Assembly (NCBI GenBank): GCA_050329955.1
Contig: JBHJOH010000077.1
Span: 14,455-78,454 of the forward strand
Length of the DNA: 64,000 nucleotides
Origin: Acidimicrobiia bacterium
GTDB lineage: Bacteria; Actinomycetota; Acidimicrobiia; Spongiisociales; ZC4RG35
Direction: 5' to 3'
The position numbers and the translations under genes are program-made. Every line of letters starts with the position of its first letter. Position 1 is the stretch's first letter. This document shows, piece by piece, positions 28,246 to 40,461 of this stretch. Under the pieces are notes generated by a model. The model made no database searches. It was not told where the DNA came from and saw nothing but the letters and a program-made list of their open reading frames with translations.

Positions 28246-28905
28246 ATGAGTAGAGGACCATCCATCGTCATCGTCGACGACGCACCGCTGTTCCAGGCGG
28301 GGCTGAGCGCGGCGTTCAAGGAAGAGGGCTTCGAGATCGCCGGCCAGGCGGAGCGTGCCCTCGACGCAGTGACCATCGCCCGCGATGCCGCTCCCGATCT
28401 CGTGCTGCTCGATGTGCTGATGCCTGGCATCTCCGGACTCGATGTGGTGGCCAAGATCATCGAATCTTCACCGCGTACCCGGGTCGTGCTCCTCACGTCG
28501 TCGGAGTCCGAGGAGGACCTGCTCAAGGCCATCAAGGCCGGCGCCCGCGGCTACATCGTCAAAACCACGCCGCTGGCGGAGCTGGTGGCCGCCGTCCGCG
28601 AAGTCCTCCATGGCGGCGCAGTCGTATCGCCGGCGATGGGCGGCAAGCTCTTCGACACGGTGGCCCACCTCTTGCGTCACCGTGAGCTCAACGCAACCCG
28701 GCGTCCGACGCTCACCGGTCGGGAGGTCGAGGTGCTGCAGGCGATCGCTGACGGGATGACCTCCCGTGAGATCGGGGACCGGCTCTACATCTCCGAGAAC
28801 ACCGTCAAGAACCACGTCCGCAACATCCTCGACAAGCTCGGTCTCCGATCCCGCAACGAGGCCGTCATGTACGCCCTGCGGGAGGGAATGATCCGCGCTT
28901 CCTGA
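28246..28905 (+). CDS. Two-component response regulator, NarL/LuxR family (REC plus HTH), orphan
   Basis: [10 protein letters not shown]...D (phosphoacceptor)...LLTSSES...KAGARGY, then a LuxR HTH ([35 protein letters not shown]). No histidine kinase adjacent. Confidence 0.85.
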   Translation: MSRGPSIVIVDDAPLFQAGLSAAFKEEGFEIAGQAERALDAVTIARDAAPDLVLLDVLMPGISGLDVVAKIIESSPRTRVVLLTSSESEEDLLKAIKAGARGYIVKTTPLAELVAAVREVLHGGAVVSPAMGGKLFDTVAHLLRHRELNATRRPTLTGREVEVLQAIADGMTSREIGDRLYISENTVKNHVRNILDKLGLRSRNEAVMYALREGMIRAS

Positions 28906-28948
28906 CTGCGATCCGCAAACCCGGCGGATCAGTAGCATTCACCCTCGT

Positions 28949-31555
<2,607 letters not shown>

Positions 31556-31597
31556 CCTCCCGACCGGCCTCTAGACTCGCCTACCCCCTCTCAACGG

Positions 31598-32723
31598 ATG
31601 CCCATGCCAGACATCACAGACCCCCGCGCAGCGCTCTCCGAACTTCGGGCCAGGCTCGACGACGCCCGGAGGTTCCTTTGACGTCGAAGCCAAGGAAGCG
31701 GAACTTGAAGAGCTGAGGGCCGAGGCCGGCTCTCCCGAGCTGTGGAACGATCCCGATCGGGCCAAGTCGGTCACCCAGCGCCTCAACCGCTCCGAGGGCA
31801 TCTTCGAGCTGCTGTCGTCGCTCGACACCGGGCTCGAGGACTCCGAGGTCCTCATCGACTTCGGCGACGAGGATTCCAGGGCCGAGGCGATCGACACCCT
31901 CTCTCGCGTCACCGGAGAGCTCGACCGCCTGGAGCTCGAGTCGCTGTTCTTCGGTGAGTATGACGACCGCGATGCCATCCTCACCGTGTACGCCGGCGCC
32001 GGGGGAGTCGACGCCCAGGATTGGGCCGAGATGATGGTCCGTATGTACGAGCGGTATCTGAAGGGGAAAGGCTTCTCCGTCACCATCGACGACTGGACCG
32101 ACGGCGACGAGGCCGGCATCAAGTCGGCCACCCTGACTGTCAGCGGGGATCGGGCCTACGGGACACTCGAATCCGAGCGGGGAGTGCATCGTCTGGTTCG
32201 CATCAGCCCGTTCGACTCCAACGCCCGCCGCCAGACGTCCTTCGCCGGGGTCGACCTCGTGCCCGAGGTGGGCGACGAGGTCGACGTCGAGATCAAGGAC
32301 GACGATCTTCGGATCGACACCTTCCGCTCCCAGGGCGCCGGCGGTCAGCACGTCAACACCACCGATTCGGCGGTACGCATCACCCACCTACCCACCGGGT
32401 TGGTGGCTTCCTGTCAGAACGAGCGCAGCCAGCTGCAGAACCGGGCCAAGGCGATGGCCCACCTGAAGGCGAAGCTCGCCGAACTGGCCCGTCAGGAACG
32501 AGAAGCCCATCTCCAGGAGATCAGGGGTGAGCAGAACGAGGCCGGGTGGGGACGCCAGATCCGCTCCTACGTGTTGCAGCCCTATCAGATGGTCAAGGAC
32601 CTCAGAACCAACCAGGAGAGCGGCAACATCTCGGCGATCCTCGACGGAGAGCTCGACGAGTTCGTCGAGGCCTACCTGCGGTGGCGCCGGGCCCGGCACG
32701 AGGTCGTGATCGCCGAGCAATGA
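31598..32723 (+). CDS. prfB: Peptide chain release factor 2, made by a programmed +1 frameshift (frame 0 covers 31598-31678, frame +1 covers 31680-32723)
   Basis: Frame 0 gives MPMPDITDPRAALSELRARLDDARRFL then in-frame TGA within GGAGG-TTC-CTT-TGA-C. The +1 frame continues DVEAKEAELEELRAEAGSPELWNDPDRAK...SPF...GGQHVNTTDSAVR. Confidence 0.85.
31670..31682 (+). promoter_or_regulatory. prfB autoregulatory +1 frameshift site (internal SD GGAGG, slippery CTT, stop TGA C)
   Basis: aGGAGGttcCTTTGAc, with the same spacing as the E. coli site AGGGGGuauCUUUGAC. Confidence 0.85.
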
Positions 32724-32871
32724 CCGGGATTACCGGGGGGCACTGGTAGCCTCCGGTCAACCACTCATCTTTTGCGTCCGCCGCGCGGGCGCTCGACGAG
32801 CTGCTTCAGGCTCAGGCGCGAGCCGGATCCTGCTCCGAGCCGGATCCGGTCGGCAGCCAATTGAGGTAATC

Positions 32872-33738
32872 GTGATTCGACTCCACAACGTGACCAAGGT
32901 CTACGAGGGGGGCACCGTCGCCGCTCGGGACGTGAGCCTCGACATCCAGAAGGGCGAGTTCGTCTTCCTGGTGGGAGCCTCGGGTTCGGGCAAGTCCACC
33001 CTCATCCGCCTGATGCTCCGCCAGGAGCCCATCACCCGTGGCCAGATCTGGGTGGCGGGCAAGGACATCACCACCCTCCCGAACTGGAAGGTGCCGTATC
33101 TGCGCCGATCCATCGGCACGGTGTTCCAGGACTTCAAGCTGCTCCCCAACAAGACGGTCTCCGAGAACGTCGCCTTCGCTCTCGAGGTGCTGGGTCGGCC
33201 CCGTTCGGTGATCGGCCCCCAGGTCGAGCAGGTGCTCGACCTGGTTGGCCTGTCCGACAAGGGCGACCGCTATCCCCGCCAGCTGTCGGGTGGTGAGCAG
33301 CAGCGGGTCTCGGTGGCTCGCGCCTTCGTGAACCGGCCACCGATCCTGCTGGCCGATGAGCCGACCGGGAACCTCGACCCGGCCAACTCCGTGGGCATCA
33401 TGAAGCTGCTCGACCGGATCAACCGCACCGGCACCACCATCGTGATGGCCACCCACGACCATGCCATCGTCGACGCCATGCAACGTCGGGTGGTCGGACT
33501 GGAGCGGGGCCTGATGATTCGTGACCAGGCGTCCGGAAGGTATGACGCCTTCGTCGCCGGTGAAGCCGAGGCGCCACCCGCCATCGACGAATCCGCCATG
33601 GACGAGATCGTTCCCGACGCCGCCAAGCCGGAGCCGGCCCCGGAGCCCGTCGAGCCTCCCGCAGCCGCTGGAGCAGACGACGGTGACGGGGCGACGCAGA
33701 CGGCAATGGATCTCGATGGCGAGGAACCGACTTCATGA
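32872..33738 (+). CDS. ftsE: Cell division ATP-binding protein FtsE with an acidic Ala/Pro-rich C-terminal tail
   Basis: Walker A GASGSGKST, signature LSGGEQQR, Walker B ILLADEPTGNLD. GTG start after a GAGGT ribosome-binding site. Confidence 0.9.
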   Translation: MIRLHNVTKVYEGGTVAARDVSLDIQKGEFVFLVGASGSGKSTLIRLMLRQEPITRGQIWVAGKDITTLPNWKVPYLRRSIGTVFQDFKLLPNKTVSENVAFALEVLGRPRSVIGPQVEQVLDLVGLSDKGDRYPRQLSGGEQQRVSVARAFVNRPPILLADEPTGNLDPANSVGIMKLLDRINRTGTTIVMATHDHAIVDAMQRRVVGLERGLMIRDQASGRYDAFVAGEAEAPPAIDESAMDEIVPDAAKPEPAPEPVEPPAAAGADDGDGATQTAMDLDGEEPTS

Positions 33739-34655
33739 CGCGGTTCGCCGTCCTCATCCGTGAGGCCCTCATCAACCTGCGCCGCAATGCGCTGGTGGTC
33801 ACCGGTGCTGTGCTCGCCGTGTTCATCTCGCTCTCGCTGGCGTTCGGCGCGCTCGTCCTCAACGAGTTGCTCCGTATCAACACGCTCGCCTGGCAGGAGG
33901 GCACCCATGTCATTGCCTTCCTCAAGGATGTCGACGAGGGTGGTCTGAGCCCTGAACTGCAGTCCCAGATGGTCGGCCAGGTCGAGTCCTGGACCGAGGT
34001 CAAACCCCCGGTGCGTTACGTCGACAAACTGGCGGCGTTCGAGGAGTTCAAGGTGCTCTTCGCCGACCGCCCCGAGCTGTACGAGTCGATCGATCAGACG
34101 GTGCTCCCGGCCTCGATTCGCATCGAGCTCAATGACATCAATGAATACCGGGCTGTGACCGCCCGACTTCAGGTCGACCCTGCGGTCAAGGAAGTCAACT
34201 CGCTCGGGCCGCAGATCGAGCGGCTCGCCACCCTGTCGCGGGTGCTCAACTTCCTCGGTCTCGGGTTGGCTCTGGTGCTGGGGTCATCTGCGGTGATCCT
34301 GATCGCCAACACCATCCGGATGGCGATCTACGCCCGTCGCGACGAGGTCAGCATCATGAAGCTGGTGGGTGCGTCCAACTGGTACATCCGGATCCCCTTC
34401 GTGTTGGAGGGTCTCATCGAGGGCCTGTTGGGGGCGATTCTGGCGGTGCTCACCGTGTGGATCGCCGCCCAGAACCTGAGTGGCGCCACCGAGTCCATCC
34501 AGCTGATCCAGTTGTCCATCTCGAACGGGTTCTTCCTGCGCTGGGGAGTTCTGTTCGTACTGTTCGGGGCGGCCGCCGGGGTGATCGGTTCCCTTCTCGG
34601 GTTGAGCCGGTACCTTCGTGAGGCCGACGGAGGAGCCGAGCCAGGAGCTGCGTGA
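33735..34655 (+). CDS. ftsX: Cell division permease FtsX
   Basis: Four TM helices and a periplasmic loop. ATGA overlap with ftsE. Confidence 0.85.
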   Translation: MTRFAVLIREALINLRRNALVVTGAVLAVFISLSLAFGALVLNELLRINTLAWQEGTHVIAFLKDVDEGGLSPELQSQMVGQVESWTEVKPPVRYVDKLAAFEEFKVLFADRPELYESIDQTVLPASIRIELNDINEYRAVTARLQVDPAVKEVNSLGPQIERLATLSRVLNFLGLGLALVLGSSAVILIANTIRMAIYARRDEVSIMKLVGASNWYIRIPFVLEGLIEGLLGAILAVLTVWIAAQNLSGATESIQLIQLSISNGFFLRWGVLFVLFGAAAGVIGSLLGLSRYLREADGGAEPGAA

Positions 34656-35857
34656 TGAGGCGTCCTGTCCTGACCGTCGTCCTCACCCTGCTGCTGGTGG
34701 CAGGCTCGTTCGGGACGGCCATCGCCGCCGACCCCCAGTCCGAGCTCGAGAAGATCCAGGCCGAGATAGCCGCCCTCAACGATCAGATCGAAGCCGCCGA
34801 GGCCCAGCAGAGTTCCGCCGCTCAGGAGTTGGCGGCCGCTCAGGCCCAGGTCGAGGAGGTGCTGGGCGAGCTGGCGGAGGCCCAGGTCGCAGTCGACACG
34901 GTGCAGGCGTCGATCGCCGCCGAGGAGGCCAACCTGGCCGACCTCCAGGCACAACTCGAACAGCTCGAGCGCGACCTGGCCGAGACCAAAGCCGAGATCG
35001 CAACCACCCAACAGGACCTCGAGGTCCAGGTGGTCCAGATGTACATGAACGCCTCGTCATCGGTGGGGGCATCGATGCTCACCTTCGAATCGGCCGCCGA
35101 TATCGCAGTCGGGCTCACCTACTCGTCCGATCTGGCGTCCAACAGCGAGGATCTGATCGACGGCTTCGTGGCACTGCGCGAAGAGGAGGAGCGCCAGCAG
35201 AGTGACGTCGATGGTCGCCGCGTGCAGGTCGAGGATTCCCTGGCGGCGCTCGACGAGGAGCGCAAGGTGCTCGAGGCGGACCTGGAGAAGGTTCGGGAGC
35301 TCCAGGCGGCCGCCGAAGAGGACCTGGTGGCCGCCCAGAACATCCTCAACCGGATCAACTCCGACATCAGGGCCGCAGAGCAGCACAAGGATGGTCTCGA
35401 GGCCGAGTCGGCCCGGATCGAAGACGAGATAAAGCGGCTGCAGAGCAGCGGCGACGGCACCAATCCCGGTGGCGGTGCGTTGGGCTGGCCGGTGAACGGT
35501 CCGGTCACCTCTGCATTCGGTTACCGCACCCATCCCATCTTCGGCACCCGCAGATTCCACGCCGGTATCGACATCGGCGTCGGCCACGGCACACCGATCG
35601 TCGCCTCCGAGGGCGGTGTGGTGATCCTTTCGGGTCCCTACGGGGGGTACGGCAACACCGTCGTCATCGATCACGGTGGTGGTCTCTCCACCCTCTACGC
35701 CCATCAGAGCTCGATCACAGCCGGCAACGGAGCCCGCGTTTCCAAGGGCGAGGTGATTGGATACGTGGGGTGCACCGGATTCTGCACCGGCGCCCACCTC
35801 CACTTCGAAACCCGGGTGAACGGTTCACCCTCCGACCCGATGGGGTATCTCGGATGA
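34652..35857 (+). CDS. M23 family peptidoglycan endopeptidase with N-terminal coiled coil (EnvC/PcsB-like FtsEX partner)
   Basis: Signal peptide, a long coiled-coil region, and a C-terminal M23 domain (HAGIDIGVGHGTPIVAS...YAHQS...GCTGFCTGAHLHFE). GTGA overlap with ftsX. Confidence 0.85.
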   Translation: MMRRPVLTVVLTLLLVAGSFGTAIAADPQSELEKIQAEIAALNDQIEAAEAQQSSAAQELAAAQAQVEEVLGELAEAQVAVDTVQASIAAEEANLADLQAQLEQLERDLAETKAEIATTQQDLEVQVVQMYMNASSSVGASMLTFESAADIAVGLTYSSDLASNSEDLIDGFVALREEEERQQSDVDGRRVQVEDSLAALDEERKVLEADLEKVRELQAAAEEDLVAAQNILNRINSDIRAAEQHKDGLEAESARIEDEIKRLQSSGDGTNPGGGALGWPVNGPVTSAFGYRTHPIFGTRRFHAGIDIGVGHGTPIVASEGGVVILSGPYGGYGNTVVIDHGGGLSTLYAHQSSITAGNGARVSKGEVIGYVGCTGFCTGAHLHFETRVNGSPSDPMGYLG

Positions 35858-36306
35858 TGAAAATCGTCACCACCAATCGCCGCGCCACCCACGACTACGA
35901 GATCCTGGAACGCTTCGAGGCCGGAATGGTCCTCGACGGCTCCGAGGTGAAGTCGCTGCGCGAGGGCAAAGCCAACCTGAAGGATTCGTTCGCCTGGGTG
36001 AAGCGTGGCGAGGTGTTCCTGGTGGGCGCCTACATCGCCCCCTACACCTTCGCCCGCGACGGCGGCCACCTCCCCGAACGAGAGCGCAAACTGCTACTCC
36101 ACCGCCACGAGATCGACCACATCGCCTCGAAGCTGGCCGAGAAGGGCCTGACCCTCGTCCCCATGAAGCTCTACTTCAAGGACGGTACCGTCAAAGCCGA
36201 GCTCGGTCTCGGCCGCGGCAAGAACACCGTCGACAAGCGCCAATCGCTGAAAGAACGCGAGAGCAAACGCGAGATGCAGCGAGCCCTCCGCCGCGCCTCG
36301 CGCTGA
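35854..36306 (+). CDS. smpB: SsrA-binding protein
   Basis: MMKIVTTNRRATHDYEILERFEAGMVLDGSEVKSLREGKANLKDSFAW. ATGA overlap with the upstream stop. Confidence 0.9.
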   Translation: MMKIVTTNRRATHDYEILERFEAGMVLDGSEVKSLREGKANLKDSFAWVKRGEVFLVGAYIAPYTFARDGGHLPERERKLLLHRHEIDHIASKLAEKGLTLVPMKLYFKDGTVKAELGLGRGKNTVDKRQSLKERESKREMQRALRRASR

Positions 36307-36367
36307 GGTCGGAAACCCAGGGTTGTAGACCACACCAGGTGTAGTTGTCAGCCCACAGAATGCGAGA

Positions 36368-36400
36368 GAGGCCGGACCCGTGGGTCCGGCCTCTTCGTTT
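36368..36400. terminator. Bidirectional intrinsic terminator hairpin between smpB and the convergent secreted-protein gene
   Basis: gaggccggacccgtgggtccggcctc followed by ttcgttt. Confidence 0.5.
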
Positions 36401-36451
36401 ACCCACCCCGGGCGTCCGGTCCCGGTGAGCGGAGGGTGATCTGTGTCGGGT

Positions 36452-37213
<762 letters not shown>

Positions 37214-37318
37214 GGTGTCTCCTTCCCCCGTGTGTCGAAGACATAGTCCTCGGGGGGCGGCGGGCGTTACTCCCTCGCATGTGTCCGGGCAGCAGGTACC
37301 ATGGTCAACGGCACACCT

Positions 37319-37674
37319 GGGGGTGTACTGGTTTCGACGTTGAGTGTTGAAGCGACGGAAGCGAGCCGAGGTACTCCGGAGTCCTCGTTAAAAGCCGGAA
37401 CAAACCATAAGTGCTGAAGACAACTTCGCACTGGCTGCCTGATTAAAACCCAGTAGTAGCCCGTCCGCCCGGGGGGTACCTGCCTCGCCGGATCCGGGCG
37501 CCGCAATGCAGGATGCTCTCGTAGGAATCGGGACTACGGGCTAAGACAATCCCGAGGTAGGTTCGAGGAGGAGTTGCCTTCAGCGCCCTCGGACCGAAAG
37601 CTCGCTGATGGCTGCGCTCGGAGATGCCGGCGTGGATGGCTCGACGGACCGGGGTTCGATTCCCCGCACCTCCA
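37319..37674 (+). ncRNA. ssrA: tmRNA (transfer-messenger RNA)
   Basis: 5' GGGGGTGTACTGGTTTCGACG. Tag ORF ...GCTGAAGACAACTTCGCACTGGCTGCCTGATTAA gives AEDNFALAA then stop. 3' tRNA-like end GGACCGGGGTTCGATTCCCCGCACCTCCA (7-bp acceptor GGGGGTG/CACCTCC, CCA not encoded). Confidence 0.85.
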
Positions 37675-37678
37675 CAAC

Positions 37679-37698
37679 GGGGTGTTTACAAAACACCC
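37679..37698 (+). terminator. Perfect 8-bp hairpin GGGTGTTT-aca-AAACACCC directly after the tmRNA
   Basis: Read directly. A second hairpin, aggccctccggagcgttccggagggcct, lies ~50 nt further on. Confidence 0.5.
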
Positions 37699-38321
37699 AT
37701 GAAACGATGACAAGAGTCCGAGATGCCGGCCCCTTCAAGGGCGGGAGGTCTCGGTAGGACAGCGAGAAGGCCCTCCGGAGCGTTCCGGAGGGCCTTCGTC
37801 GTGAGAGAGTGGTCTGTGTGGTGCGGTCTCGCCACCAGGCTGTTCCCTCGGCGTTCAGCCCCATGCTGCCTGGCCGCTGATCGCCTTCATCACCTGGGGC
37901 GGTCTGGAGATGTTGATCTTGCCGATCGGATGGGCATCCTCGGTGAGCATGTTCCCACTCGCCGCCTTGTCACTGGCGTTCCTCGTCGTCGTCGATACGT
38001 CCTCGACAGGCCCTGCTCCGGCTTTGCCCGGAGCGTTGTTCTCGGTGGGGATGGTGGTTGTGATGGCGGTCCCGGGTGTTCGAGCGGTGTTGTCCCTCGT
38101 GCCGGGTTCTGTGTCGATCCCAGGAGTAGTAGTCGCACGCTCTCGGCTGACCGGTGCCGGGCTCTCCTCGGGGGACCGTGTCCACATCCGCTCCAGACTC
38201 CGCTCGGGTGACGCGGGCTGAGGAGGCTTCCACCACGGCCCGGAGATGACGCCTTTCCGCAACATCAGATGGGTCTTCTCCGAATGTTGGTTTTTTACGA
38301 CATACCGAGTACTGTGGCGAC

Positions 38322-38594
38322 ATGTCACAAAAACGCAACACCGGGCGATGGTTTCGGGTGCTTCCCACGGCCGGCCTGGGTCCCGTTCTTGCCCGGTGCC
38401 GTCATCAACGCGGGCTGACTCAGGCCGAGCTCGCTGACCGTCTCGGTGTCGATCGCACCACCATCCTGCGTACCGAAGCCTCTGACGTCGCCGCGCTGCG
38501 CCGGGTCGTGGCAGCGTTTTCGATCTTGGGATACGAGCTCATCGCCGTTCCCAAAGGGGCCGATGTGGTGATCGCCTCACGGGGCGAGGCGTGA
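38322..38594 (+). CDS. hipB: XRE-family HTH protein, HipB-like antitoxin
   Basis: LARCRHQRGLTQAELADRLGVDRTTILRTE helix-turn-helix. GTGA overlap with the downstream hipA-like gene. Confidence 0.7.
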   Translation: MSQKRNTGRWFRVLPTAGLGPVLARCRHQRGLTQAELADRLGVDRTTILRTEASDVAALRRVVAAFSILGYELIAVPKGADVVIASRGEA

Positions 38595-39823
38595 ACCGAG
38601 CGCTCGACATCCACCTTTCGGGTCACCCGATCGCCCGGGTACTCGAGGACGGCGTCACGCTGACGCTCACCTATTCCGACCAGACGGTGGATCGGTTCGG
38701 CGTGGGCGGTCTGGCACTCTCGATGGCGCTTCCGGTTGACGACCGCCCATACCGTGGCCCCGCAGTGGAGCGTTGGGTGGAGGGGACCCTCCCGGAGGGC
38801 GAAGCACGAACATTGCTCGAGGACCGGTTCTCGGTGCGGCGCGGCGACACGATGGGCCTTGTGGGTGCAATCGGCGCCGATTGCGCCGGTGCCGTGTCGT
38901 TCCTTCCACCAGACGAGCCATTCGACGATGGCACGACGCCGACGTTGCTGACCGACCAACAGCTCGCCGCCCTTGTGCAAGATCTTCCCACCGTGCCGCT
39001 CGGTGCCGACCTCGGAATCCCCGTTTCCCTGGCCGGCCTCCAGGCGAAGCTGCCGCTTCGTATGACAGGCGACGGATGGACGCGCCCGACGCGAACCGCC
39101 CCCTCCACCCACATCCTCAAGCCTGCCCCTGACGGACGGCTCGCCGGCTTGGTCGTGTCGGAGGCGTTCTGTCTGCGCCTGGCAGCTGCGGCCGGAGTAC
39201 GCGCTGCAGAGGTCGACTTGATCGACATCGCCGGAAGGACGACGTTGGTGGTCACCCGGTTCGATCGGGCTCCCGGGCCCGACGGCTTCCCGGTTCGGCT
39301 CCACCAGGAGGACGGCTGTCAGGCGTTGGGCGAGCCCGTCACCGGTCGGGCGAAGTATCAGGCTCAGACCGGTGCCGGACCTTCGTATGAAGGGCTGGCG
39401 CGGCTGTTGGTGACGTACTCGCGCGACGTCGATGCCGAGCTCGCCGCCCTGGCCCGGACCATGACAACCACCATCGCCATCGGCAACACCGACGCACACG
39501 CCCGGAACCACGGCTTCTTGCTCGGTGCGGGGGTCAGACTCGCTCCGCTCTACGACGCCGCCACCACAGTCAACTACGCAACCTTCCAGGGGGTCGGCCT
39601 CCACGTCGCCGGAGAGCACCGACTCGACATGGTCTCGCGTCCTCTGCTCGAGCTCGAAGCCGCATCCTGGGGTCTACCTCGGAAGACGGCCGCTGAAGTG
39701 GTCGGAAGCACGCTCGAGAGGCTTCGCGCAGCGCTCTGCGATGTTGCTGCGGAGTTCCGGGAGGAATCGCTGGAACGGGACGTCGCCGAGGTGGGCCGTC
39801 GGCTCGAACGTCTCCTGGTCTGA
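38591..39823 (+). CDS. hipA: HipA-family serine/threonine kinase toxin-like protein
   Basis: HipA N-terminal coupling domain plus kinase core with IGNTDAHARNHGF (GNTDxHxKN catalytic loop) and LAPLYDA. Confidence 0.75.
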   Translation: MNRALDIHLSGHPIARVLEDGVTLTLTYSDQTVDRFGVGGLALSMALPVDDRPYRGPAVERWVEGTLPEGEARTLLEDRFSVRRGDTMGLVGAIGADCAGAVSFLPPDEPFDDGTTPTLLTDQQLAALVQDLPTVPLGADLGIPVSLAGLQAKLPLRMTGDGWTRPTRTAPSTHILKPAPDGRLAGLVVSEAFCLRLAAAAGVRAAEVDLIDIAGRTTLVVTRFDRAPGPDGFPVRLHQEDGCQALGEPVTGRAKYQAQTGAGPSYEGLARLLVTYSRDVDAELAALARTMTTTIAIGNTDAHARNHGFLLGAGVRLAPLYDAATTVNYATFQGVGLHVAGEHRLDMVSRPLLELEAASWGLPRKTAAEVVGSTLERLRAALCDVAAEFREESLERDVAEVGRRLERLLV

Positions 39824-39977
39824 ACGAGGGGGCCTCGCCGGGAAGGTCTGAAGGCAGCCCTCGCCACCTGAGGGGGACACCTCGTCCGGTCTCGGCATCG
39901 ATGCCGACGCCACGAGCACCATGGTGGCCACGCCCATGAGTCAGTCACGGTCGGCCGTTCGGTGCCGCCGGCTGCGG

Positions 39978-40355
39978 TCAGTCCTGTGTGCGGGCGATGG
40001 CCTGGCCGAGTTCGAGCTTCGACATTCTCGACCGGCCCTTCACGTCGAGCTGCTTTGCCCGCTCGTACAGCTCCTGTTTGGTGTTGCCTTCGACATCCAC
40101 TCCGCCGGCGGTGGGGAGGTCGGTGTCTACCCCGCCCTTGGACTGTGGATCCGACGGGCCTCTCTCGTCCTTCGGCTCCCAATGATCGCCGACCTTCTCG
40201 AACGAGTGCTTGACGGCTGCCATCGCCACCCGAGGGGCGGCCTCCTCGGAGTCGTACTGTTCGTGGGCGGAGTCGAGGGTCTTGGCGTAGGTTCGCTGGG
40301 CCTTCTCCGGTGAGCGCTTCAGCGTTCCCGGCAGGCCTTCCTTCTTGGTGGGCAT
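39978..40355 (-). CDS. ChaB family protein with C-terminal Rho_N-like domain
   Basis: KEGLPGTLKRSPEKAQRTYAKTLDSAHEQY...KVGDHWEPK (ChaB), and C-terminal TKQELYERAKQLDVKGRSRMSKLELGQAIAR. Confidence 0.6.
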   Translation of the reverse strand: MPTKKEGLPGTLKRSPEKAQRTYAKTLDSAHEQYDSEEAAPRVAMAAVKHSFEKVGDHWEPKDERGPSDPQSKGGVDTDLPTAGGVDVEGNTKQELYERAKQLDVKGRSRMSKLELGQAIARTQD

Positions 40356-40461
40356 GAGCTGCTTCCTTGTCGGGGTCGCCGGGTTCTACCCTGTCCGACC
40401 ACCTGGAGACGACGGTCGCCGTCGCAGTTAGGGTGGACCTTCGGACAGGAAGGAAGGGTGG

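Noticed and set aside
31571-32387. Minus-strand ORFs 31571..32131 and 31614..32387 overlapping prfB
   Set aside because: Antisense shadows of prfB. The plus strand carries unmistakable RF2 motifs and the frameshift site.
37855-38328. 157-aa minus-strand ORF (and antisense 103-aa plus ORF 37910..38221) between ssrA and hipB
   Set aside because: Thr/Pro/Arg-biased composition, no family resemblance, and it overlaps the hipB start. It may be non-coding islet DNA. Kept only as context for the islet hypothesis.
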